From positions 14,903 through 77,894 of the forward strand of contig CAYUAW010000005.1 of the NCBI GenBank assembly GCA_964442485.1: DNA of 62,992 nt, written 5' to 3'. Under the pieces are notes generated by a model. The model had not been told where the DNA came from and ran no database searches. It saw only the letters and a program-made list of their open reading frames with translations. This stretch comes from an uncultured Polyangiaceae bacterium (lineage in GTDB: Bacteria; Myxococcota_A; Polyangia; Polyangiales; Polyangiaceae). A program made the position numbers and the translations under genes. Positions 41,609-50,919 of this stretch are shown here, piece by piece; the stretch's first letter is position 1; each line of letters opens with the position of its first letter.

Positions 41609-44206
41609 TCAGTGCACTTCCAGGGGCCCCGCGTTGACGCGGTTGTCCTCGGCTGCGCCGCGCTTCACCTCCAGGCGCTGCTCGCCGCGGAACAGGCCGA
41701 AGAACACCGTGTACGTGCCGCCGGTGAAATTCGGCTCGAGCTCGAATGGGTGAATGTCCTCGATGTAGTCGCCCTGATGCCACAGGTGAAACGGGTACTT
41801 GCCCTCGAGCGTGTCGTGGTCGCCATTGTAGCGGCGCTGATAGCCGTCCACGTGGATGAAGGTCTGCCACTCACCCGAGATGGGTCGAGTGACCTCGTAG
41901 TAGAAGTGAAAGAGGTAGGGCTTTGCGGCCCGCACTGTCGCCGCGTGCTCGCCGCTCGGCGTCGTCACGTCCCAGCCGATCGCACGGAGCTGCCCGTTGA
42001 AGTCGACGTCGAGCTTCCGCGCGGGCTCCGGGCGCGTTTCGAGCACCCAGCGCATGAAGGGGTTCTGGTTCGTCTCCCCCGCCTCGAGCCGGTTGGACAC
42101 GAGCAGGATCTCGCTCGACCGCGCGTCGAGCACGGGCAGGTTCCTGGGGGGGGCGTGGTGCGCACGGAACTGCGAGTTCATCTGCGCGATGTCGCTCGAC
42201 CGCACGACGAGCCATCGCCGTCGATCGTCGCGCTCCACGAGCCAGTTGAACGCCTCCTGGCTCCCGACGAACACGCGGACGTCGCCGTGCGCGTAGTAAC
42301 GGGCGCTGGCGGAGCCGGACCCTGACCCCATCATGGCCAGGCTCTCGCCGGGCTTTGCCAGGCGCTGGTACGACTCGAAGACCTCCTTCGGCGACATCTG
42401 CCTCGCGAGCAGCGGGTAGTAACCGAAGGAGAGCGCCGCGCCGAACGCGCCGATCGCCGCCACGGCCGCGGTCGCGCGCGACGCGCGCAGGCGCCGCAGC
42501 ACGACGCGGCAGACGTCGCGGGTGACCATGATGAAGCTCGGCAACGCGATGACGACGGGCAAGAGGAGGAACCCGAACTTGGCGAGCTGACGCGCGAGCA
42601 GCGCCATCGACTCGATCTGCGGCCAGTGCGCGAAGTGGTCGCTGATCACCGTCGCGGCGGCGAGCACCGCGAGCGACACCTCCAGCGCGAGCAATCCGAA
42701 CGCGACGTTGCCTTCGTAGGCGTGGCGCAGGGCCGTGTAGAACCGTCGGTGCTCGGCGCGATCGAATACCTTCTGGCCCTCGTCGCGCTCGATGAAGAAG
42801 AGCCCGAAGAGCGCGGCGCTCGCGAGCGTCCCGACGAAGAGGATCATGAACCCGAGGTCCTTGAAGCTCTCCGGGAACCTCGGGATCTCGACCACGAAGG
42901 CGCTCAGACCCTTCTCCGGGAAGTTCTTGAAATCCCCGAGAAAAAGAACGAGCAAGGCCACCACGCCGAGCGCCAGCGTGCGCGAACCGGGCGCGCCGCG
43001 CTCGAAGTCGCGCAGCATGAACGCGACGGCTGCCGCGAGCGCGAACACGCCCGAGAACGGCAGCACACCGAACACCGGAGCGAGCGCCGTGTAGGCGCCG
43101 AAGCAGACGACCGCGACGATCAGGACCGTGATGCGGGCGCTCGACTCGCGCTCGAAGGACGCCCCCTCCACGCCGACGGGCGCGCGCAGGAGCCGGCCGA
43201 GGGCGAAGGGAACGACCGCGCTCCATGGGAAGAGCGCGTGCCCGAGCTCGAGCACCATCACGTCGTGGGTCTGCGACATGCGATGCCGGTCGATGGTGTT
43301 ACCGAGCAGCCGCGTGAACTGGTGATCCGGAACGGTGACGACCGCGCGGATCCCGAGAGCGAGCGCGACCATGCCGATCCCGAGCGCGGCCATCGCGAAG
43401 GCCGCGCCCAGCCGATCGACGCTGCCCGAGCTTCGCCGGAGGAGCCACGCGATCCCGATCGACACGGTGGGAACGGCGACGCCGAGCAGCACGCCGCGAG
43501 CGCCGAAGCCCGCCGCGAGGCCGAACACGCCGAACAGCGCCCACCCCGCCCGCGCCACGGTGCTTGCGCGACCGTCGAAGACGGCGAGCGACAGGCCGGC
43601 CACCGCGATGGCCAGACCCGACAGCGTCACGATGTCGCCCAGGATGGTCCTCGCCTCGAGAAAGTAGAGCGGCATCGTGGCGAGCACGATGACCGTGAAG
43701 GCCGCGGTCACTCGATCGACGAGGCGCGCGACGAAGGCGTACGTCGCCACGACACCGAGAAGGCCCCAGAGCGCCATCGGAAGCCGGCCCGCCCATTCGC
43801 TGAGGCCGAGCAACCGGAGCCCGACCGCGATCGACGTGAACGGCAGCTCGCCGCGACCGAGCTCGCCGGCAGTCGGGACGTAGTTCGTGGCGCCCTCGAT
43901 GACGAGGTTCTTCCCTCCGAGGAGGGTGACGGCGATCCGCCGCGAGAGGTCCGCGACGTTGAGCTCGTAAGGCTCCCAGATGCCGCTCGCCGAGATGGGC
44001 CCGAAGAGGCTGCCGAGCGTGAGCGCCGCGGCGGCGAAAAGGAGTCCCCGTCGCGCTCCGCTGGCGTTCGGGTCGGGCGAGACGGCCTCGTCCGAGACCT
44101 CGTCAGGCTCCTTCGGCGCCTCTGCCGGAGGCGAGCCGGCAGCGGAAACACCGGCGACCGCAGGGGCGACGCCGGGCTCGGAAGGTGCGGGTGTGCTTTC
44201 GGTCAT
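41609..44206 (-). CDS. large GT-C fold glycosyltransferase-like membrane protein (865 aa)
   Basis: First-loop motif GIWEPYELNVADLSRRIA, similar to ArnT/PMT-type acidic loops. More than 12 hydrophobic spans. A soluble C-terminal domain of about 270 aa. Its antisense strand gives the spurious ORF 42626..45319. Confidence 0.65.
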   Translation of the reverse strand: MTESTPAPSEPGVAPAVAGVSAAGSPPAEAPKEPDEVSDEAVSPDPNASGARRGLLFAAAALTLGSLFGPISASGIWEPYELNVADLSRRIAVTLLGGKNLVIEGATNYVPTAGELGRGELPFTSIAVGLRLLGLSEWAGRLPMALWGLLGVVATYAFVARLVDRVTAAFTVIVLATMPLYFLEARTILGDIVTLSGLAIAVAGLSLAVFDGRASTVARAGWALFGVFGLAAGFGARGVLLGVAVPTVSIGIAWLLRRSSGSVDRLGAAFAMAALGIGMVALALGIRAVVTVPDHQFTRLLGNTIDRHRMSQTHDVMVLELGHALFPWSAVVPFALGRLLRAPVGVEGASFERESSARITVLIVAVVCFGAYTALAPVFGVLPFSGVFALAAAVAFMLRDFERGAPGSRTLALGVVALLVLFLGDFKNFPEKGLSAFVVEIPRFPESFKDLGFMILFVGTLASAALFGLFFIERDEGQKVFDRAEHRRFYTALRHAYEGNVAFGLLALEVSLAVLAAATVISDHFAHWPQIESMALLARQLAKFGFLLLPVVIALPSFIMVTRDVCRVVLRRLRASRATAAVAAIGAFGAALSFGYYPLLARQMSPKEVFESYQRLAKPGESLAMMGSGSGSASARYYAHGDVRVFVGSQEAFNWLVERDDRRRWLVVRSSDIAQMNSQFRAHHAPPRNLPVLDARSSEILLVSNRLEAGETNQNPFMRWVLETRPEPARKLDVDFNGQLRAIGWDVTTPSGEHAATVRAAKPYLFHFYYEVTRPISGEWQTFIHVDGYQRRYNGDHDTLEGKYPFHLWHQGDYIEDIHPFELEPNFTGGTYTVFFGLFRGEQRLEVKRGAAEDNRVNAGPLEVH

Positions 44207-44374
44207 GGCGAAGGGGTCGAACGGGCGCGGACACTAGCGCGGGACGTGCTAGACGGACCACACGATTCGGCCGCCGGCGGCCGCTCCGACCCCTCCCCCG
44301 GCCGCGGGCGGCACCGCATGCGCGTGGCCCCCCCGGCCGCCACACCTTCCCCCCCCGAGAGACGTACAAGAGAC

Positions 44375-45319
44375 ATGCGATTCGGCACCGTGGCCCTCGT
44401 CGGTCGCACGAACGTCGGCAAGTCGACGTTCCTGAACGCCGCGCTCGGCGAGCCGCTGGCCATCGTGTCGCCGCGGCCGCAGACGACGCGCGACGCCCTC
44501 CTCGGGGTGCTCCACGCGAAGGACGCGCAGATCGCCTTCGTGGACACGCCGGGGCTGCACCGGCCGCACACCGAGCTCGGCCGGCGAATGAACGCCACCG
44601 CGCGCGGCACGGCGCGGTCGACCGACGTCCTGGTCTTCATGACGGACGTGACGTCGCTCACGACTTCTCGTGAGAAGGCCGAGAAGGAACCGCTCCTTCC
44701 GGAGGACGTCGAGCTCATCTCCGACTTCGCGGGCGACGCCGTCGCCATCGCCGTGATCAACAAGGTCGATCTGCTCCGCGACAAGTCGCGGCTCCTGCAC
44801 ATGCTGTCGGCGCTGCAGGCGGCGCGCCCCTTCGCCGCGCTCGTTCCCGTCAGCGCGAAGACGACCGACGGCGTCGAGCGCGTGCTCTCCGAAATCGTGG
44901 CCCTGTTGCCGGAGGGCGGCGCCGGCTACGACGAATCGACGCTCACCGATCGCCCGACGTCGTTCTTCGTCCGCGAGTACGTGCGTGAGCAGGTGATGCT
45001 CATGACCGAGGGCGAGATACCGTACGCCGTCGCCGTGTCGGTGGAAGAGGTCAGCGAGACGGCGAAGGTCGTCATCGTGAAGGCGACGATCCACGTCGAG
45101 AAGGACGGACAGCGCGCCATCGTCGTCGGCCGCGCCGGCGCGCAGATCAAGGAGATCGGCATCGGCGCGCGCAAGCGCCTCGAGGAGCTCCTCGGCAAGA
45201 AGGTGCACATAGAGCTCTTCGTGCGGGTCACGCCGCGCTGGAAGAGCATGCCGCGCCAGCTCGCGGAGCTCGGTTACGACGCTCCCGCGGGCGGCGACGA
45301 CACGAAGGGCCGTTCGTGA
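44375..45319 (+). CDS. era: GTPase Era
   Basis: C-terminal part of ORF 42626..45319, from the ATG at 44375: [32 protein letters not shown], and a KH-domain region ([18 protein letters not shown]). Confidence 0.9.
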   Translation: MRFGTVALVGRTNVGKSTFLNAALGEPLAIVSPRPQTTRDALLGVLHAKDAQIAFVDTPGLHRPHTELGRRMNATARGTARSTDVLVFMTDVTSLTTSREKAEKEPLLPEDVELISDFAGDAVAIAVINKVDLLRDKSRLLHMLSALQAARPFAALVPVSAKTTDGVERVLSEIVALLPEGGAGYDESTLTDRPTSFFVREYVREQVMLMTEGEIPYAVAVSVEEVSETAKVVIVKATIHVEKDGQRAIVVGRAGAQIKEIGIGARKRLEELLGKKVHIELFVRVTPRWKSMPRQLAELGYDAPAGGDDTKGRS

Positions 45320-46632
45320 CGCCGATCGTCGCCATCGTCGGACGCCCAAACGTCGGCAAGAGCACGCTGTTCAACCGCTTCGCCGGGCAGGATCTGGCGA
45401 TCGTGTACGACGAGCCGGGGGTCACGCGCGAGCGGCACTACGCCGACGCGCACCTCCACGGCCGCGACGTGACGCTCATCGACACCGGTGGCTTCGACCC
45501 GCTGACGAAGGACCCGATCGGCGTCGGCATCGTGCGGCACGTCGAGGCGGCCATCGCGGAGGCAGACGTGATCCTGTGCATCCTGGACGGCACCGCAGCA
45601 CCGACGCCCGCGGATCGGGAGGCCGTCGCGCTCCTCCGGCGCTCGGCGAAGCCGGTGCTCTACGCCGCCAACAAGGCCGACGACAAGAACAAGGTCTTGC
45701 TCGCCAACGACCTGTACACGCTCGGCATCGATCACCTTTTCGCGGTGTCGGCCACGCACGGTCGGGGGCTCCACGAGCTCGAGGCGGCGCTCGTCGCGCT
45801 GCTCCCACCCCCGGCGCGCGAGCCCGGGGACGAAGAGACCGCGCTTCCCCACGTCGCCATCGTCGGGAGACCGAATGCCGGCAAATCATCCCTGTTCAAT
45901 CGCCTGTGCGGCGAGGAGCGCTCGATCGTCGACGCGCGCCCTGGGACGACCATCGACCCGGTGGACACGCGCGTCGAGATCTCGGGGCAGCCAGTGGTTC
46001 TCGTGGACACCGCCGGCATCCGCCGCAAGACCAAGGTCGACTCCGGCGTCGAGTCAGCCAGCGTCATGCGTGCGATCCGGGCGGTCGGGCGCGCGGACGT
46101 GGTGGTCGTGCTGTGCGACGCGACGCTGCCGGTCGCCGAGCAGGACGCGCGCCTGCTCGGGCTCGCTGCCGATCGCGGCCGTGCCGTGATCATCGGACTG
46201 TCCAAGGCGGATCTGCTCGACAAGGAGGCGCGCGGGAAGGTCGTTCAGGCCGCGCGCGACACGATGCACTTCGCGCCGTGGGCCACCACGGTGCTCCTCA
46301 GCGCGCGCACCGGCGAGGGCGTCAAGGAGCTCGAGAGCGCCGTCCTCACGGCGCATCGCTCGTTTCATCACCGCGTCCCGACGGGGGAGCTCAACCGGTT
46401 CTTCCAGGACGTGCTAGAGCGAACGCCGCCTCCGACGCACGGCGGGAAGGCGCCGCGGCTCTACTACGTCACCCAGGCCGAGACGGCGCCGCCGGTGTTC
46501 GTCGTCATGTGCAACGCCCCGGAGGCCGTGAAGGGGAGCTACCGCCGCTTCGTCGCGAACCAGATCCGGAAGACGTTTGCTTTCGACTACGTGCCGGTGA
46601 TTGTGCATTTCAGGGGTCGGGGCGGGAAGTGA
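45316..46632 (+). CDS. der: ribosome-associated GTPase Der/EngA
   Basis: Two G domains ([12 protein letters not shown] and [12 protein letters not shown]) and a KH-like C-terminus. GTGA overlap with the era stop. Confidence 0.9.
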   Translation: MTPIVAIVGRPNVGKSTLFNRFAGQDLAIVYDEPGVTRERHYADAHLHGRDVTLIDTGGFDPLTKDPIGVGIVRHVEAAIAEADVILCILDGTAAPTPADREAVALLRRSAKPVLYAANKADDKNKVLLANDLYTLGIDHLFAVSATHGRGLHELEAALVALLPPPAREPGDEETALPHVAIVGRPNAGKSSLFNRLCGEERSIVDARPGTTIDPVDTRVEISGQPVVLVDTAGIRRKTKVDSGVESASVMRAIRAVGRADVVVVLCDATLPVAEQDARLLGLAADRGRAVIIGLSKADLLDKEARGKVVQAARDTMHFAPWATTVLLSARTGEGVKELESAVLTAHRSFHHRVPTGELNRFFQDVLERTPPPTHGGKAPRLYYVTQAETAPPVFVVMCNAPEAVKGSYRRFVANQIRKTFAFDYVPVIVHFRGRGGK

Positions 46633-46715
46633 AGGCTCGGGGCGGGACGGGCTGAAGCGAAGTCGGTCAACTCTTCAGGGACACGAACCGCGGGGCCGCA
46701 CGCCAACCCGTCGCT

Positions 46716-47897
46716 TCACGGACACAGCACGTCGGAGATTCCCGTCAGGGCACGTACATCATGGACGTCGCTTGGGAGGGACTTGACGCGCACGAGGGGA
46801 GACGCCTGCGCGCCGATGCGCTCGCGTACGCGCTCGAGCTCTTCGAGATGGAACGCATCGCGCTCGGCGAGGGCGCGCTCGTCGTCGACGGCCCGCAGGA
46901 TGCGCGCCGGACCGTCGGCGTCGAGAGGGATCGCATGTCGTCTCGCCGCTTCGCGGATCTCCGGTGCCGTGGGCACGAGCGGCGGCGCCGCGTGCACGCG
47001 GTTCACCACGAAGCCGTCGCTCCGCATCCCGTGCTGGCTGAGCCGCTCGGCGAAGTAGGCGATCTCGCGGATCGCCAGCGGCGCGGGGCTCGTCACCATG
47101 ACGTAGCCGACGTCCTCGGCGCGGAAGGCCGCCGACACGCGCGCGGCGCGATCGCGGAACCCGCCGAAGAGATCGTTCAGGTCCGTGATGAGCTCCGCCA
47201 TCTGCTCGAGGAACCCTCCGCCGGTGAGCTTCGAGACGCCACGGAGGACGACGGCGACGCTCTGCGCGACGAGATTCAAACTGAGCTTTCGTGAACGATC
47301 GAACGCCTGGATGAACCATCGGATCGCGGGACCGTCGAGCGCCTCCACCAGGCGATCGGGGGCGTCGAGGAAATCGAGCGCGTTGCGCGTGGGCGGCGTG
47401 TCGAGCACCACGATGTCGAAGCGGGGGTCCTCCTTCATCGCCAGGAGCTTCTCCATCGCCATGTAGTCCTGCGTTCCGGCGAGGTTCGTGGACACGTACT
47501 TGTAGAGCCTGTTGTTCAGGATCCGGTTCCTGGCTTCCTCGGTGGAGGCGAAGCGCTTGACCAGGTCGTCGAAGGTCCGCTTCGTGTCGAGCATCATCAC
47601 CGTCAAGCTGCCCTTCCCCCGCACGCCGATCCCCGCGAGCACCGCTGGGTCTACCTCCTGCTCCTCGGTCGTCATGTGGTCCAGGCCAAGGCTGTTGGCG
47701 AGGCGCTTGGCCGGATCGATGGTCAGGGTCAGGACGCGCTTGCCCCGCCGGGCCCCGGCGAGGCCCAGAGCCGCGGCCACGGTCGTCTTGCCGACCCCCC
47801 CGCAGCCGACGCACAGAATGACGCGCCGCGATTCGAGAAGGCCGGAAAGGGAGGACAAACCCATGGGGCGAACCGCGGCGTCTAACCCGAGGAGCAT
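46716..47897 (-). CDS. ArsA/GET3-family P-loop ATPase
   Basis: Deviant Walker A VGCGGVGKTTVAAALG, TIDPAKRLANSLG and VVLDTPPT. The start is ambiguous (47897 or 47864). Confidence 0.8.
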   Translation of the reverse strand: MLLGLDAAVRPMGLSSLSGLLESRRVILCVGCGGVGKTTVAAALGLAGARRGKRVLTLTIDPAKRLANSLGLDHMTTEEQEVDPAVLAGIGVRGKGSLTVMMLDTKRTFDDLVKRFASTEEARNRILNNRLYKYVSTNLAGTQDYMAMEKLLAMKEDPRFDIVVLDTPPTRNALDFLDAPDRLVEALDGPAIRWFIQAFDRSRKLSLNLVAQSVAVVLRGVSKLTGGGFLEQMAELITDLNDLFGGFRDRAARVSAAFRAEDVGYVMVTSPAPLAIREIAYFAERLSQHGMRSDGFVVNRVHAAPPLVPTAPEIREAARRHAIPLDADGPARILRAVDDERALAERDAFHLEELERVRERIGAQASPLVRVKSLPSDVHDVRALTGISDVLCP

Positions 47898-47997
47898 TGC
47901 GCTCGCAACTCGGCCAGAAGAAATGGCAGGTTTCGTCGCGCGAATGAGTCGCGCCCCGGACGGTCAGTCCCTTAAGTTGGCCCACCTGGGGCCGCCT

Positions 47998-48492
47998 ATG
48001 CATCTGAGTGACCCCATGCTCACCTCCAGCCCCCCACCCGCGCCACTCGAGGACGCCGCCGATCGCCGGCGCGACCGGACCGACAGCCCGCTCATCGCGC
48101 TGTCGCGCTGCTTCGAATCCGCGCGCCGCCGCGCCGGGCTCGGGGCGCTCGTTCTCGCCGACGTGAGCGGGCTGGTCATCGCCGGTGCCGGGCCCGCCGC
48201 GATGTGCGACGAGCTCGCGGCCATCGGCGCCGCCAACTGGGACAGGCCCGCCAACGACACCGTGCCCTGCCGGCTCGACGTGCTGACGCGGTCGCTCGAG
48301 GTGCGGCGGCTGCGTATCGACGGCATCGAGGTGCTCCTCTGCACCGAGGGCGATAGCGAGGACATGGAGCCACTCGCCGAGGCCGTCGCAGGCTGCCAGC
48401 GCATCCTCGGCCGGCGCCGGGCCAGGCTCGAAGCGCTCGCCGAGCGCCTCGCCGCGCCCTCCGAACCGACTCACGTCCCCCAAGACATCTAG
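47998..48492 (+). CDS. hypothetical protein, possibly roadblock/LC7-like
   Basis: C-terminal part of ORF 47512..48492, from the ATG at 47998. The stretch GALVLADVSGLVIAGAGPAAMCDELAAIGA resembles roadblock/LC7 cores. This is a weak call. Confidence 0.45.
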   Translation: MHLSDPMLTSSPPPAPLEDAADRRRDRTDSPLIALSRCFESARRRAGLGALVLADVSGLVIAGAGPAAMCDELAAIGAANWDRPANDTVPCRLDVLTRSLEVRRLRIDGIEVLLCTEGDSEDMEPLAEAVAGCQRILGRRRARLEALAERLAAPSEPTHVPQDI

Positions 48493-48527
48493 CGTCGCCT
48501 GGTCGCAAGGCTAGGATCTGCCCCTCC

Positions 48528-49253
48528 ATGAGCGGCTTCGTCGACCTGCATTGCCACTACGTACCCGGTATCGACGACGGCGCGCGGACCAGGGACGAAG
48601 GGCTCGAGCTCCTGCAAGCGCTGAAGGAGTGCGGCTTCGAGCAAGTCATCGCGACGCCGCACATGCGCCCCCGGATGTTCGACAACACGAAGAGCCGCCT
48701 CGTCGAGGCGTTCACGCGCTTCGAGGACTCGGTGCGCGACGAACCGGACCTCCCGCGCATGGGCCTCTCGAGCGAGCACTACTTCGACGACGTCGTGTTC
48801 CAGCGGATCCTGGACGGTGAAGGCTTGCCGTACCCCGGGGGGAACGCCGTTCTGCTCGAGTTCTACGACATGGACTTCATGCCCGCGATCGCCGACCGTC
48901 TCTTCGATCTGCGACGACGCAGGCTCGCTCCCGTGATTGCCCATCCGGAGCGCTATCGCTGCTTCTGGCGCTCCCACGAGCGCCTCGAAGAGCTCGTGCG
49001 CTCGGGCGCCGCGGCGCTCCTCGACGTGGGAGCCCTGGTCGGCAAATACGGCAAGGAGCCGCAGAAGTGCGCGCGCCGCATCCTCGACGACGGCCTCTAC
49101 TACGCCGCCTGCAGCGACGCGCACAGGCCGGAGGACATCGACGACGTGGAGGACGGCATCGCGTTCCTCGCCAAGCGCTACGGCGACGAAGAAGTACGCA
49201 GGTTGCTCCACGATGGGCCACGCGAGATCCTCGAGGGAAGGGTGAACCAGTGA
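48528..49253 (+). CDS. PHP-family protein-tyrosine phosphatase (CpsB/YwqE-like)
   Basis: VDLHCHYVPGIDDGA, ATPHMRP, VIAHPERY and CSDAHRPED. Confidence 0.8.
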   Translation: MSGFVDLHCHYVPGIDDGARTRDEGLELLQALKECGFEQVIATPHMRPRMFDNTKSRLVEAFTRFEDSVRDEPDLPRMGLSSEHYFDDVVFQRILDGEGLPYPGGNAVLLEFYDMDFMPAIADRLFDLRRRRLAPVIAHPERYRCFWRSHERLEELVRSGAAALLDVGALVGKYGKEPQKCARRILDDGLYYAACSDAHRPEDIDDVEDGIAFLAKRYGDEEVRRLLHDGPREILEGRVNQ

Positions 49254-50371
49254 CCGAAAATGAACCGACCGTGCAAGCGGCCCAGGGCGGCGGAGGATGG
49301 CTCCGCCGGCATGGCGGAAAGCTCCTCGGATCGCTGGTCGTCGCGGGTGGCTTCGCGTGGCTCCTCCACCGGGGCGCGCTCCCCCTCGCGCCGGACAGGA
49401 GCGCGTTCGCCCACGTGCGCTGGTGGACGCTCGGCGCGGCCGTCGTGCTCTGGTCCATCATGCACGTGGTCCGCGCGGCTCGCTGGGTGCTCCTGCTCGA
49501 GCCGATCGCGCCGGTGCCTCTCCGGAGGGTGCTGGGCGTGTCCTTCATCGGGTTTGCGGCCATCGTGCTCTTGCCCGTCCGGACCGGCGAAGCAGTGCGC
49601 CCGCTGATGATCCGCACCCACGCCAAGATCTCCGGCTGGGCCGCCACGGGCACCATCGCCGCCGAGCGCATCATCGACGGCCTCGTGCTGAGCCTCATGC
49701 TGCTCGCGGGGCTGACGCTGTCGACGCCGCTCTCGCCGCTGCCCGATCGCATCGGCAATCTGCCCGTCTCTCCGTCGATCGTCCCGCGCTCGGCGTACGC
49801 CGCGCTCGTCCTGTTCTCGGTCGCCTTCACTGTGATGGGCGTCTTCTACGCAAACCGCGTCTGGGCCCGTCGCATGACCGAGCGCGTCGTCGGGGTCGTG
49901 TCCCCACGTCTCGCGACGTGGCTCGCCGATCGCGTCGAGCACGTCGGCGAGGGGTTGCGCTTCCTGCCGGATCGCCGCCTCGCCGCGTCGTTCGTCGGCG
50001 CGACGGTCCTTTACTGGATGCTGAACGCTGCAGCGCTCTGGGTCCTCGCCTGGGGGTGTGGGTTCGACCGGTTCACTTACGCGGAGGCGTGCACCACGAT
50101 AGGCGTCATCGCGGTCGGCATCCTTATCCCGAACGCGCCGGGCTTCTTCGGCGCGTACCAGCTCGCGTTCTACGCGGCGCTCGCCGTGTTCTATCCCCCG
50201 GAGCTGGTCATGGGCCAGGGAGCCGCGCTCGTGCTCCTGGTCTATTCGTCTCAGCTCCTCATCACGATCGCGGCGGCGGGGGTGGGCCTCCTGCTCGAGC
50301 GCACCGGCGTACGGGAGGTTCTCGCGGAAGAAGCTGCCCCGAAGTTGGCCCCGAGCACCGGCACCGACTAG
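49250..50371 (+). CDS. flippase-like membrane protein (UPF0104/LPG-synthase TM-region family), second copy
   Basis: ORF 49067..50371 trimmed to the GTG at 49250 (GTGA overlap with the phosphatase stop). Multiple TM spans. HVVRAARWVLLLEP and VRTGEAVRP motifs, analogous to the copy at 18356. Confidence 0.7.
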   Translation: MTENEPTVQAAQGGGGWLRRHGGKLLGSLVVAGGFAWLLHRGALPLAPDRSAFAHVRWWTLGAAVVLWSIMHVVRAARWVLLLEPIAPVPLRRVLGVSFIGFAAIVLLPVRTGEAVRPLMIRTHAKISGWAATGTIAAERIIDGLVLSLMLLAGLTLSTPLSPLPDRIGNLPVSPSIVPRSAYAALVLFSVAFTVMGVFYANRVWARRMTERVVGVVSPRLATWLADRVEHVGEGLRFLPDRRLAASFVGATVLYWMLNAAALWVLAWGCGFDRFTYAEACTTIGVIAVGILIPNAPGFFGAYQLAFYAALAVFYPPELVMGQGAALVLLVYSSQLLITIAAAGVGLLLERTGVREVLAEEAAPKLAPSTGTD

Positions 50372-50382
50372 CGGATCCGTTC

Positions 50383-50856
50383 ATGAACGGGAGCTCCGGC
50401 CGTCGGGCGTTTCGCGCCATGGCGCCGTGGGCGGCGACCGCGGCCTTCCTTCTGTCGATGCCGGGGAGCGCGGGCGCCAGCGTGGAGGCCCGGAGCAGCT
50501 ACACGAAGCTGCAGACCTACAACGCCGCTCTGCGTTATCTGCGGGTCGACCTGGCTTACGAGGTCACCGAGAAGGACGCCGACGCTGCTTATCTGCTGTT
50601 TCATTTCGTCCCGGACGGCAGGAAGAAGGACACCAACGGCGCCATCGAGATCATCGAGCGCAAGGACGACGTGCTCGTCTATGTGCGTGTGCCCGATCTG
50701 CCGCATTACCAGGAGGAGATGCTGAGCGACGGCCTCTTCCGGAAGCTCCGAACCGAGTACGGCGACCCCCCGCCGCGGCGGGAGGAGCCGCCTCCAAAGG
50801 AGCCGCGGGACCGGGACAAGAAGGGGCCTGAAGGGTCACCCGACGCAGGCCGCTGA
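50383..50856 (+). CDS. secreted hypothetical protein with Pro/Arg/Glu-rich tail
   Basis: C-terminal part of ORF 49297..50856, from the ATG at 50383. Signal peptide WAATAAFLLSMPGSAGA. Confidence 0.55.
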   Translation: MNGSSGRRAFRAMAPWAATAAFLLSMPGSAGASVEARSSYTKLQTYNAALRYLRVDLAYEVTEKDADAAYLLFHFVPDGRKKDTNGAIEIIERKDDVLVYVRVPDLPHYQEEMLSDGLFRKLRTEYGDPPPRREEPPPKEPRDRDKKGPEGSPDAGR

Positions 50857-50919
50857 CCCGCACCGGTCCCATCGCGGTTGGCAGGGGGCCCGCCGGGCGA
50901 TAGATGTGACCCCCTGAGC

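Noticed and set aside
42146-42153. G8 homopolymer inside the large GT-C gene, and a C8 run at 44349-44356 just upstream of era, as possible slipped-strand phase-variation tracts
   Set aside because: The G8 run simply encodes Ala-Pro-Pro (HHAPPRNL) in frame. Runs of this length are expected by composition in such GC-rich DNA. There is no evidence of length heterogeneity from a single sequence.
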